A stretch of 64,000 nucleotides of DNA from Eledone cirrhosa (GCA_964016885.1 OZ024742.1:54622001-54686000), one strand, 5' to 3'; shown: positions 37,758-50,803, counted from the first letter of the stretch. Notes: generated by a model from the letters alone, not told the origin. A program made the numbers and translations.

Positions 37758-40700
37758 TTATTCATTTTTTTTCTTCTTTTTTTTGCCTGTTTGTTTGTTT
37801 ATTTATGTTCGTCTACAGCGTGATAATGCCGCACAAAAATCACGTGGAGTGCCGGAACCACCGGAGACGATGAATTCACCGGTGGTTATGTAACCATACA
37901 TTTGCCAATCCTCGATAAGAGTGTTTAAATGTCGAACATAAACAGTTCGAATAACGGTGAAATGGAGACTAGAATGTCATGTGACAGACTCTCACCCAAC
38001 AGGTGCTCCCTGGCTCAGCAGCAGGGACCTGACTGTCAATAAAATACTGCTGGTGTCGGAGGAAGAAAAAGAAGGAAGGAAAGGGACCAGAACCAACTGG
38101 ACGAAAGAATTGAATAGAACTGTTATGCAATGTGACCTGAAGAGTAACCGCAAGGAGAAAGGCTATAGGAAACGGATGCATAACATCTGGAACGAGATTG
38201 GTCTATTTAAATTAGATGAACAAAAATTGGCCGGGCAGGCTCGGGTAATACGAACTAATGGGTGGATAAGCGAGCTGGAACTGGAGGAACTGAGCAGAGA
38301 GATTAGCTTGGAGATGGAGAGTGGAGTATGCCAGGCAAACGAGCCAGTTGGAAATGAAGGTGAAGAGGTCGAGAGAACGGAGGAACCACCCGAAGCAGAC
38401 AATGATCTGAATGCTGAGATAAATAATACCTGGAACAGAGATACGGCCACTGAGGAGATAAATGCTGATGGCTAGGACGAGATTTGGTTGATATCCTAAA
38501 CTTAGTGGTAGATGAATTGAACAATGATAGTGGGAGACCTATGAACCTAAGATTTGTAGACAGGAAAAAGTTAAAAGAAACAACAGCTAAGGTAAACAAA
38601 GTCATCCCATACCTTGAGGTGAGGAGCCTTCACCAGTGCAACAATATCCTCAAAGCAACAGCAAATACGGTGAGGAAACTACTTGGTATAAAAGCGAGAG
38701 GAAACAACAGACAAGAAAGAGCAGAGCCTTGGTGGAAGAAACGACTGAGTGCTCAAATCAGGGAAATGAGAAATGACATTGGAAAGCTTGAGTCCCTACT
38801 GAATGGGACACTAAAAAATAGACACTAAAAATAGACTGGAAATAAAGTACAAAACTAGGAGGAAAAAGCTAAATATTATCATAGAGGAACTGAAGCAACG
38901 CATTGTAGCAAAGAGTGCAAAAATCAGGCGATACGAGAACAGAGTCAGTCAGTATAGACAGAACCGCATGTTCGACAACAACCAATAGATGCTGTTTGGA
39001 CAGCTTGAAGAGAAAGAAAGAGGCAACGACTTGATCCCTGAGGCGGAACAAACTAAAACATTATGTAGAGGAATATGGGAGCAGGATGTTACACATAATG
39101 ACCAGGCAGTGTGAATTGAGACAGTACAGAAGGAGATTAGTGAACAGGCACACCAACAAACTGATTTGAGTATCACAGTTGAAACTCTTAAAGGGCAGGC
39201 CAAAAAACTAACCAACTGGAAATCACCAGGCCCAGATGGTGTTCAGGGGTATTGGATTAAAAATATAACATGCCTCCACCCGAAACTGACAAACACGTTC
39301 AATGACTGCTTGATATCAGGTGAGGTACCAGAGTGGTTGACAAAAGGTACCACAGTTCTGAAAATGAAAGACTGAATCAAGGGTAATGATGTTACCAACT
39401 ATAGACCTATGACATGTCTGTCCGTAATGTGGAAACTGTTGACAAGCATTATGTCTGAGGAAATCTACCATCACCTCCACACAAACAACTTGTTACCGAA
39501 CGAACAGAAAGGATGCCGAAAGAAGTCCCTTGGTACAAAGGACCAGTTACTTATTGATAAGATGGTAATGAGGAATTGCAGGAGGAGACACACTGGTCTT
39601 GCCATGGGATGGATAGACTACAAAAAGGCATTTGACATGGTACCTCATTCTTGGATCACCAAAAGCCTGGAGATCTTCAAGGTGGCAGATAACATCAGGC
39701 AGTTGTTGGGCAAAAGTATGAAGTCCTGTGAAACAGAGTTAACATCAACTGGAGAATCCTTGGGGAGCGTGAAGATCAAGAGAGGTATCTTCCAGGGAGA
39801 TAGCCTGTCCCCTCTGTTGTTTGTCCTTGCCCTGATTCCCCTGACCAGTGTACTGCGAAAAGTGAGATCAGGATACAGGTTGGGAAAGGGAGGGCTTACC
39901 ATCAATCACCTCCTCTTCATGGACGATCTTAAGCTCTTCGGGAAGAGTGAGAAGGAGTTGGATGTGCTTGTTGACACTGTCCGTATTTTCAACAATGATA
40001 TATGTATGCAATTTGGTATTAGTAAGTGTGGAGTCATTGTGATGAGGAGGGGTAAGTTGAGCAGAAGTAACGGAATCCAGGTACCAACGGGTGAGATGAT
40101 AAAGGAAATTGACTCTGAAGAAGGATACAAGTATTTGGGCGTTCTGGAGGCTGATGACATCAAGAACAAAAAAATGAAGGAATTGATAAGAACTGAATAC
40201 ATTCGGAGAGTAAGGAGCGTATTAAAGTCACATCTGAACAGTAGGAATGCCATAAGTGCAGTAAATTCCCGAGCTGTGTCTATTATTAGGTACAGTGCGG
40301 TAATTCTGAGATGGAATGTTGCTGAACAGAAAGAAATGGATAGGAAGTCTAGGAAGCTATTGACTATCTACAACATGTTCCACAAGAGGAGTGATGTCGA
40401 TAGACTCTACTTAAGGAGATCTGAGGGTGGAAGAGGTCTTATCAGCATAGAGGACTGTGTTCAGATGGAGAAAAACAACCTATACAAATACGTGACTGAT
40501 AGTAAGGGGCCAATGCTCAGAATTGTACTGAAGGAGAGGACAATAGACCAAGGGAGTCCAAGGAGGAAATAACAACAAGGAGAAAGAGCAGCCTTCATGA
40601 AAAATCCATTCATGGTACCTTCTTTGAGAAAACTGAATTCAGAGATCCACAGACATGGAACTGGTTGAAAAGAGGAGACCGTAAAAAGGCTACAGAAGGA

Positions 40701-41422
40701 ATGTTAATGGCTGCGCAAGAGCAGGCCCTCAAAACGAAGTGGTTGAAACACCATATTTACAAGGAGGAGGCTAGCCCACTGTGCAGGATCTGTGGAGAGA
40801 GAGAGGAGACTGTGGCTCACATTGTATCCGAGTGTAAACACCTAGCCCAGACTCACTATAAGGGCTGGAGACATGATGTGATGGGCAGGGTGATCCACTG
40901 GCACCTATGCAAAGTAAACAATTTACCACATTCTGAGAAGTGGTATGAGCATAAGCCAGAGTCGGTGATAGAAAACGATCAGGTGAAGGTGCTGTGGGAT
41001 TTTAGGATAGAGACGGACAAGAAACTGGAACACAATAGTCCTGACCTGGTGGTTTTGGAAAAAAGATCGTGGCTGATTGTGGATGTGGCCTGCCCATTCG
41101 ACACGAGAGTGCAAGAGAAGGAGAGGGAGAAAATTAACCGATACCAGGACTTAAAGTGGGAGGTAAAAAGGATTGGGAACTGCCATGAAGTGAAACTGGT
41201 CCCGATTGTCATAGGCGCACTAGGTACTATCGCAAAACGTTTCCAGTGATGGTTAAAGAAAATTGGCCCCGCCACGCTTTTTGGAACGCTTCAAAAGGCA
41301 TGCTTGCTGGGAACAGCAAGAACCCTCCGATACGTCCTGAATATCTGAGGCTGCAGGTAGTGGCTTGATATTCATTTCAACAAACTTTCCAGTTAACTAA
41401 CATCAATGACTGAGACTCAAAG
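37758..41422 (+). mobile_element. Second, more decayed full-length copy of the same Dong-type element
   Basis: Colinear with copy 1 from the 5' UTR (ttattcattttt) to the 3' end. Multiple stops and frameshifts; (AAT)n tail at 41423-41454. Confidence 0.92.
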
Positions 41423-41454
41423 AATAATAATAATAATTATAATAATAATAATAA

Positions 41455-42305
41455 GATGCACAAAGATACACAAAGATGCACAAAGCTACAGTAATGGACT
41501 ACACATTTCAGAAGTTCTATTTACTGCTGAAATAAAAAAACACAGAATAAGCAAAGCAGGTAAAAGTAACTGCAAAGAAAGAACTGCTACAGAAACTGGC
41601 TAAGAAATGGCAAGAAAAGCCTTTGTATGGAAAATACCCAGAGCGAGCTAACAATCCTGATGTTGACAAAACTTTTACCCATCAGTGGTTGGCATCCTCT
41701 GGACTGAAATCGGAGACTGAAGGACTGATTATATCAGCACAAGATCAGTGTCTGCCAACAAAAAATTACCAAGCCAACATAATAAAAAAAAATGGATGCA
41801 GCCCATTATGCCGTGTATGTAAAAAAAAAACAGAGACCATTGATCATATAATTTCAATGCGCAGTCCTATATCTCCAACCGAATACCTAAACAGGCATGA
41901 CAGAGCTGCACAATGCATACATTGGATAATGTGTAAGCATTTTGACCAGCCCCATCAAAAGAGTTGGTGGGAGCATCAGCCACCTCCCATACTTGAAAAA
42001 GATCACATCTCAATCTTGTGGAACTTTAGCATCCAAACAGACTTGATATAATACTGAAGAACTTTAAAAGAACAATACTAGTCGTTGTAGGCGCTCTAGG
42101 AATGATACCTAAGGGGTCTAATGATTACCCGCGTATAGGAGAAATACAAAAGATAGTACTAATGGGAACTGCCCATATACTAAGGAAGATTCTGTCAATA
42201 TAAGTACATCACAAGTCTAAACACCTAAAGGTGCATGTCTCTTGAGGTTACTGGTTGTGACTTGGTGATAACTCGTATGAACATAAAGCAAGATAAATGC
42301 AGCTG
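41455..42305 (+). mobile_element. 3' fragment of a second R4/Dong-type family
   Basis: LKSETEGLIISAQDQCL, CRVC...ETIDHIIS, RHD, ILWNF. Bounded by (TAA)n on both sides. Confidence 0.85.
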
Positions 42306-42327
42306 TAATAATAATAATAATAATAAT

Positions 42328-43480
42328 GATTTCATTTATTAGCCACAAGGGCCGACGTGTAGGGGACAATACATAGACGGGGACAGTAGGTGTTTACAAT
42401 AAGGTCGAGTAAAAGTGCACAATGGCAAGACTAATTTAACAATGAAGATATAAAAATATAAAATAAACTATGCATAAAAATAACAAAATAAATTCCCCGA
42501 TAAGAGGGGTGGACTACCCTGGGGTGACTCGGGTACCCCACCAATCCTGAACCACCCTGCACTTCTAGGGCACTCAGGGAGAGCACCCCTCTCTTCAAGT
42601 GAGCTATCCTATAGGCGCATGGTCAGAGTAGGCCCATTCACACGAGCCATTCTCGCCACATTCACCCCCATTTTAGCAAATGTACTGGGGAGCAGCACTT
42701 CTCTTTCCACCCTCACCTTATTTTCCAGGTGAAACTTGAAGAAGTTGATGAGGGATTGGCCGAAGAGAAAAGTGTCTGTCTTCAGTCCTTTTAACCTGGT
42801 CCACCATATAACCTCTTTCGCAACTGCCACCTGACAGAGGAAAATGTCCTACTCTTCCTGACCTAAGGAAGGCGGTGGGTCGATCTTCACTATGGACTCG
42901 GCCGATAGCCGGATTCGTTCCACACGCGACAGTAGCTGTTCGACTAACTCCACAAGTCAATAATGCACGGACATTGGACAAGTGCGTGCAGAACGGTTTC
43001 GTCGTTTGGTGCGCATCTTGGGCTGGTCCGTCTGACAGCACTTCCGTGCCTGTAGAGTTTATCCCGAACCGGCAGAAACCCCCGGTAGCACTGCCAAGCG
43101 AGGAATTTCTGGTAATTTTCCATCGTCCCCGGCTCAAAGGTCCTCCGGTACAGACTGCTCAGTTCGACTTCGTCGAGGCCCAAAGCTTCTCCGAGTGCGT
43201 CATCGCACTTGCCCACCACTAATCCTCTATAGAACTCGAGAGTGGAAGTTCCACTGATCGCATTGCTCGCTTGGTAGAGGGCAGTGAGTGCTTGGCAACA
43301 TTCCAGGTGCCAGTCACCCGGTTTCGGTCTCTCTTGACCCAGGACGGCAGCTCAGTCAAAGAAATGAGCGTTGGAAAGGCCCGTCTGATAAACGGCGACC
43401 ACACCTGTTCACCTTTGAAGCAGAATATCTGGAGATGTCGCAGCTTCAACGCATGTCTGCGCATCATTAGCCATGGCATA
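42328..43480 (-). mobile_element. 5'-truncated, decayed Tx1-clade LINE in (AAT)n
   Basis: MPWLMMRRHALKLRHL, AWQCYRG.LPVRDKLYRHG and WWTRLKGLKT match ORF2. Tail ggcccttgtggctaataaatgaaatc(att)n; TAA repeats at both ends. Confidence 0.9.
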
Positions 43481-43492
43481 TAATAATAATAA

Positions 43493-44270
43493 AGCTTATT
43501 GACACGTAATTACCAGGCCAATGTGATGAGAAAGGGAATAAACCCAAAGTGCCGATTCTGCAATGCTGGGGTTGAAACAGTGGATCACTTAGTCTCTGTA
43601 TGTAAAGTTTTATCACAAGTAGAATACAAATGTAGACATGACAGAGTCGGCCAATATCTACACTGGGTAATATGTCGGCATCACAAAATCAAAGCTGAAG
43701 ACAAGTGGTACAACGATCACCCTGAGGCTGTAACTGAAGGAGAAGAAGTAACAATTCTCTGGGACTTTCCTGTACATACTGACAGGACCATAAAAGCAAA
43801 TAGACCTGACATCATTATAAAAGATCAACATAGCAAGGTCTGTTTGTTGATAGATATGAGCAACCCATGTGATCACAATATCGCGGCAAAAGTGTTTGAC
43901 AAGCTACGAACATATAAAGATCTGCTTATTGAAATTGAGAAAATGTGGCACCTCAAGGCCGTTACAATACCCCGATTGTGGGAGGACTGGGAATGATCAA
44001 GAAAGGAACAGAACAATATTTGCGAGTGATTCCTGGATTGCTCTCTCTGCACGAGGTGCAAACAAATGTTTTGACTGGTAGCGCACACGTATTGAGAAGA
44101 GCACTATCTCTATAAGATTTATATTCCTCCTTGTATTTACATATGCATATGCACATGAGTATATATGTATACTGGCATTTTCTTTTATTATTATAATCAA
44201 TGTGCTGTATTAACTGGCTTACCACTGTGAATGTATTTGCCCTATGTTTCGGGAAGCATATATCTCAGAA
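43493..44270 (+). mobile_element. 3' fragment of a third R4/Dong-type family
   Basis: CRFC...ETVDHLVSVC, RHD, ILWDF, NRPDIII, IDMS. Confidence 0.85.
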
Positions 44271-44274
44271 ACAA

Positions 44275-44458
44275 TAATTGTTTCTACTTTTGGCACAAGG
44301 CCAGCAATTACTCAGTACATTACTGGTACTTTATTTTATCGACCCCGTAAGGATGAAAGGCAAAGTTAACCTCGGCTGGGTTTGAACTCAGATCGTAAAT
44401 GGACGTAACTATGCTGGAAAGCATGGCGTCCAACCCTCTACCGATACTGTCATTCCAC
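44275..44458 (-). mobile_element. tRNA-derived SINE next to (TAA)n
   Basis: Matches the 5212-5431 SINE. Confidence 0.8.
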
Positions 44459-44473
44459 AATAATAATAATAAT

Positions 44474-44995
44474 GATGTTAGCCATAAATTCCTTGGCAGT
44501 TCCAGTTGCCACTTATAGCTTCGGTGTCTTGAACTGGGATATGAGTGAAATTAAAAGAATCGACACCAAAATCCGTAGGTTATTGACTTGTAAAAGGTTG
44601 CACCACCCTAAAGCAAATGTGGATCGTCTTTACCTTCCTAAAGCTCAAGGAGACTGTGGCCTGATCCAATTTGAACTTATCTTCATGACCACCACTATTG
44701 AATCAACACATGACTGTATGCTGAATCTTGTTAAAAAACATGATAGAAGTAAAAAGCTTCTTTCTATATCGAAGGCAAAAAATATGCTACTAATTTCATG
44801 CTTGATCCCAGGTTAGATAGACTAAGGAAACTGTTGCGATTGACGCTGCGAAGCACATGGAAGTAATGGCAAAAGCAAAAGGGCAAGGGCAATCAGCATC
44901 AAAGTGGGAGCAGTAACCTCTGCAGGGCAAATATGTGGCCCGTAGCAAGCAAGCTGATGTTTACAAAAAGCACACCCATCAGTGGTTACATAAGA
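44474..44995 (+). mobile_element. Internal fragment of an R4/Dong-type LINE
   Basis: AINSLAVPVATYSFG, IDTKIRRLLT, HHPKANVDRLYLP. Starts immediately after (TAA)n. Confidence 0.8.
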
Positions 44996-45012
44996 AACAA
45001 TAATTATTATTA

Positions 45013-45560
45013 GGGAGGTGGTGATTAGCAGAATCGGTAGAGCATCGATCAACATGCTTAGCAACATAGAGTTACGGCCCTTTATGATCTGAATTCAAAT
45101 CCCGCTGAGGTTAACTTTACCTTTCATCCTTACGGGGTTGATAAAATAAAGTACCAGGCACGCACTGGGGTCGATTTAATCGACTTTTCCCTCCCCCAAA
45201 GTTGCTGGCCTTGTGCCTATATGAGAAAACATTATTAGGGCGGCGGTGATTGGCAGACATGGTAGAGCGTCGAAAAACATGCTTAGCAGCATAGTGTTAT
45301 GGCCCTTTACGTTCAAATCCCGCCGAGGTTAGCTTTACGTTTCATCCTTACAGGGTCGATAAATTAAAAAACAAGTCACGCACTGGTGTCCATTTAATTG
45401 ACTTCCCTTCTCCTAAAATTGCAAGTCTTGTGCCTAGAGTAATAACCATTAGGGGGGGGGGGTGACAGTCTCCGTAGAGCGTCGGATACCATGCTTCGTG
45501 GCATATAGTTACAGCCCTTCACGTTTGCCTTTTATCCTTACGTGGTCGATAACGTATAGT
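45013..45560 (+). mobile_element. Head-to-tail array of three SINE copies
   Basis: Units start at ~45013, 45238 and 45452 and are joined by attatta/atta spacers. Confidence 0.8.
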
Positions 45561-47698
45561 AACCCTAACTAACAAATTGGTGTTCTTGGGCCTTTTGTAG
45601 AAATCATTCATATCATTATTATTAGATGGCAGATAATTGGTATTTGTGTGTATGTGTGGTGCTTTTCTCTTGCATCGAACATACACAATTTCCAGTTTGT
45701 GAAACATTATCTTGTTCTATATATTTCTACAGTGTACTCACTGCTCTCGGTTGTGTTGCTGTTTGGACCTTTTTTATTATCCTTCCTAAGATAACATTAA
45801 TTAAAAGTTTTGTTTTTTTTCTATCTCAGTATTGTAATTTCTACTTTTAGAATTTACGGTTCGATTACTCTTTCCATTTTTTGTGATACATTGTCTAAAA
45901 TATTGGGTATGTTCATGACGAAATATTTCCTTTCTTGGAGGTCATTAACAACAATATACCGTTGATTAGTAATTAAATAATTAGAGAACAGTGTCCAACT
46001 CAAAATATCTGTCAATAAATCTAAATTCAATTCCAGAAAAAAATGCATTTGTAAAATCCGAAATTAGATTCCAACTTCATGAATATAATAAACAGTTAAG
46101 AAAATATGAAAGATATACACTCAAACAAACATGAAAATCGAGAAAGAAAAAGATGTATGCAGAATTCCAATAAAGTTGAGACATGCTTAGTACCATAAGC
46201 AAACACAAAAACAAACAATCAAACAAAGAGACTGTATGCCCACATATGAAAAATGCTAGCATTCAAAATTTCTGACAGAGAAATACAAATGAAATAAATA
46301 CATTTATTTATCAATAAGTCATTCGACAAAATACATATGACGCTCTCATCATGTCGGACAAAGGAATCTTCACACAAGTTAGACCTATTATTCAACAGCT
46401 AGAATTATATGGGAAGGGAAATGAACAATATACAAGGGATAAACAAAAACACATAACTATCACAGACATCAATACTATCATTATTGCTGATGCTGGTACT
46501 TATACGAAAACCAACAACATCAAATTTGATATATAGTAGTTGTGAACGATTTCGTTACCATATTTGTTATAAAAATCAGTGCATGATTTTAATATTATTT
46601 TAACATTATCATGTCGTAATATAGCTAGCTTTCTACTTATTAATCTAGTGTTTGTAATTTAATAAATGTTATTACATAAAAATATGATTGAAGTTTCTTT
46701 TAGATTGATTTAGACAGTTTAAAATAGTTTTGAACTGTAGAACCGGGAGCGGATTAAGGCGGTTTCGTATTTAAAATACTTAGATTCTATGTTGGTATCT
46801 TTATTTATATTTGTAGTATAGTATTTCTTCAGCACTATCTTATTATAATCTATATTTCGTTTCGTTGAACAGTACTGGGTCAGATTACGGGAGCTGTACG
46901 TTACAGGCGAGGATTCTACATTTAAAAAGCGTATATGGATTGATAACAAGCGCGACCGCTTTGTTTAATATAGTATATCTATTCTTTAATAACTTGTAAG
47001 TATTGTTTAATTATAGCGGTGAAATGGCAGAGTCGTTAAAATGTCACGTAGAATACTTTGCGACATTCGTTCTAACACTCTGAATTCGAATCCCGTTGCC
47101 TTTCATCTTTTCGAGGTCTGTTAATCTTTATCTGGAAGATATCTGCCTGGAGACAGATTCAATCCGCCTGGCCTAAAATACCCAAGAAACGCCGTAATCC
47201 ATTACGCCACCCCTACGTCTCCATTAGGAGTTAGGCGGCTATCACATCACAATGTTTTAATTGCAGATAGGATTTGTAAACCTGAGTAAGCGTATTGATT
47301 AAGTGGGTTACGGCAAAGTTTCCACTCTTATATAGCGTGTGTATAAAAGCAGCATAGGTGAACAAGGACGTTTGACAATCATAATATTATTTATATTCGT
47401 CTAAGTACACCATCTATTGATTTTAATACATTCTCTAACGATAGAAAAAAGCACCCACACACTACAAACAAAAGATGAAAATAAACCATAGAGAATATGT
47501 CTTAAGTGCATAACAGACTGACACGAACTACAGCTTATGTTTTCTTCTAAATTGAACTGTAACACTGATTGAAACCTTGTCATATAAAATAAAAACATTG
47601 TCACATTTGTGTCATACTGCTGTGACCGATTAAGTCAAAATCAATATTGCGATCAAGGTATCTAGTCACATTTTACACACAGGCTATTACCACATATA

Positions 47699-47745
<47 letters not shown>

Positions 47746-47929
47746 TTTTTTATTTGGTAATCCAATCAATATTAACAATTTTCAATTAGAATTACACGAA
47801 TTAATATTGTTGCATAAATAATTAATTAATGCACCACACTAATATTTACTTAATGGAAATGACATTGATTATATATAATCATCTAAATGGTTATCATTTA
47901 GAGCAATGTTATTAAAGGAGTACTTGCTG

Positions 47930-48266
47930 TAGTCATCATCATCGTCATAATCGGTACTATCATTGACACTATCATCATCATCATCATCCACAACATCATC
48001 ATCGTGCTGATCTATATTTTATAACGTGTACATCATTTTCATTACCACGATCATCCTTATTAGTATCAACACCATCATCATCAGTGTCACCAACACCATC
48101 AGTTTCACAATAGCCACCAATATCATTATCGATATTATTATTGAACGTGATGTACTCATCCTCAGCATCATCGTCACCATTGCACTCAACATCATCATCT
48201 TAATCTACAGTTTAGTACATGCGCATCATCTCAATTAACTTCAGCACCAACTTCATCATCATCATT

Positions 48267-48310
<44 letters not shown>

Positions 48311-48530
48311 AACTTTCAACATAATTATCACCATATCCACCTACGTTAGCATCTTCAGCAACATCATTATTACCATCAAAGTTTTCATCATTGCCAACAT
48401 CATCATCAACATTGCTACTTACGCTTGTATCATCTCGAACATCACCGTAACCACTAAATCATGGTCTATCTGGCCGACATCACATGACTGGCGCATAATT
48501 ATAATTATCATGACCATCAAAAACAACATT
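47930..48530. repeat. Degenerate (ATC)n low-complexity tract
   Basis: catcatcat-dominated sequence. Confidence 0.8.
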
Positions 48531-48712
48531 GTATTGGTCAATAATTTAATCATTTAAACTGATTTGAAAACCTGACTGAAGATCTATTCCAGGTGTTCAC
48601 TTCTCTAAGGGCCTCTAAGCATTCACTTTAACGACACCATACACGCACCCCCCCCCTCCCACACACACACACAGAGGCACACACACACACAGAGGCACAC
48701 ACACACACACAC

Positions 48713-48926
<214 letters not shown>

Positions 48927-48927
48927 G

Positions 48928-49287
48928 AAAAAGAGATGAAATCGAAAATGCAACTGGAGTCTTATTTAAAAAAAATATATATATATATTTATTTGGTTCC
49001 TTTACCGGTTTCGCAGTTCTTCTGCTTTTCAAAAGGTGAGTTGAGATGGAGGGTCTGTGGTTTTTCTCACATCTGAGAGAAAAATCACAGACCCTCCATC
49101 TCAACTACTCACCTTTTGAAAAGCAGAAGAACTGCGACACCGGTAAAGGAACGAAATATATATATATATATATTTAAAAAAAAAAAAATAAAACTCCAGT
49201 TGCATTTTCGATTTCATCTCTTTTTCTTTATACTTTCACTCGTGTAGGACACCTCGGTTATTTTTCATTTTGTAAAAAAAACCTCAC

Positions 49288-49295
<8 letters not shown>
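48928..49295. mobile_element. Foldback family C (arms ~48928-49068 / 49076-49227 plus tail) in (TA)n; second copy at ~51296-51590
   Basis: Near-perfect hairpin, repeated with an internal deletion 2.4 kb downstream. Confidence 0.75.
48999..49036 (-). ncRNA. Minimal hammerhead with compensated U3-A8 core
   Basis: cctt-TTGAAAA-gcag-aagaa-ctgc-GAAAC-CG-GTA-aagg: perfect stems I and II and palindromic ACCGGT. The mirror copy at 49112-49149 has GACAC. Confidence 0.65.
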
Positions 49296-49365
<70 letters not shown>

Positions 49366-49451
49366 GTAAGTTATTCCAGGTTGAATCGGAGGTAACCACA
49401 GTAAGTAAGGTACTCAATACATAGCAGAGTATAACAGTTTTAATTTAGATG

Positions 49452-49502
49452 AGATTCTACAGGACTAGAAATGTTTCATTCTTTAGAAATCATCAGGAAT
49501 CT
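49452..49502 (-). ncRNA. Type I hammerhead with canonical core
   Basis: agattc-CTGATGA-t-ttc-taaa-gaa-t-GAAACA-tttctagtcc-TGTA-gaatct: 6-bp stem I, 3-bp stem III, GUA cleavage triplet. Confidence 0.7.
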
Positions 49503-49604
49503 TCTGATGATTTATGTATATATATGATATATATATATATGTATGTATATATATAAATATGTATGTATATATATATATGTATATATATATATGTATATAT
49601 ATAT

Positions 49605-50212
49605 ATATTGGTAAACGGAATAGAAAATGCTGACAAATTGTTCACAGTTGAAAAATGGTTTAATTAGGAATAAAAGAGTATTAGTGATTGTATGGGTTAG
49701 TATTCAGTTGTGGTTTTAAGTTTTTAAGTTTTTACCGGTTGCGCATTTCTAAATGTTTTTCAAAAATAATTTTGATATAGAGTGTCCGTGCTGTTTGCTC
49801 TGATCTGATTAGTTTGGGGAATTCTACATGTTTTTATGTTAAAGAAGTGGCTCCAGCGTTACTTTGGTGTTGCAAAAATTCTTGTGGTCAAAAGAATTTT
49901 GAATGGTCGGTAGAGGTCATGTGAATGTAAAAAATTGATTTTGCGCCAAGACTGTTTTTATGTTAAAAAAGTGGCTCCAGCGTTATTTGGTGTTTGCAAA
50001 AATTCTTGTGGTCAAAACAATTTTGATTGGTCGGTAGAGGTCATGTGAATAAAAAATTGGTTTTGCGCCAAGATTGAGAAATGACTCTTTCACAACAAAT
50101 ATGTGTGTCTCTGTGTGTGTGTGTGTGTGTGTGTGTGTAGTAGTAGTAGTAGTAAGGTGTTCGATGTTATGATAATGGTTAGCAGCGATGTGTGTCAAAT
50201 GGCTATTAAGAT

Positions 50213-50289
<77 letters not shown>

Positions 50290-50803
50290 GCAGATTAATT
50301 CGTGGTGGCAGGGATGGTCCGTAAGAATGTGTCTGAAAGCAATGTCAAAAGATATTTTTCAGCTTTTGTCTTATAAGGAGAAGTGCGTGTGTGTGTGTGT
50401 GTGTGTATAAGTCTCTTTGTATGTTAATGTACGCGTGTGTATGTGTGTGTGTGTATATATGTGTGTGTGTGTGTGTGTGTTTTGACCACAAGAATTTTTG
50501 CAACACCAAAGTAACGCTGGAGCCACTTTTTTAACATAAAAACAGGTAGAATTCCCAAAACTAATCAGATCAGAGCAAACAGCACGGACACTCTATCTCA
50601 AAATTATTTTTGAAAAGCATTTAGAAATGCGCAACCGGTAAAAACTTAAAAACTTAAAACCACAACTGAATACTAACCCATAAAATCACTAATACTCTTT
50701 TATTCCTAATTAAACCATTTTTCAACTGTGAACAATTTGTCAGCATTTTCTATTCCGTTTACCAATATATAATAACTTGTGTGTTACACCTCTATTCTTT
50801 TAA
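49605..50803. mobile_element. Foldback family D (arms ~49605-49892 / 50480-50770 plus tail) with hammerhead-like motif at 50607-50643
   Basis: Inverted arms. Motif ttt-TTGAAAA-gcatt-taga-aatgc-GCAAC-CG-GTA-aaa. The terminus is also found reversed at 213-283. Confidence 0.7.

Noticed and set aside
43468-43482. The truncated Tx1 5' junction (atgccatgg) resembles the 5' terminus of the full-length Tx1 at 32720-32730
   Set aside because: The 9-mer is ordinary ORF2 coding sequence (MPW); probably coincidence.
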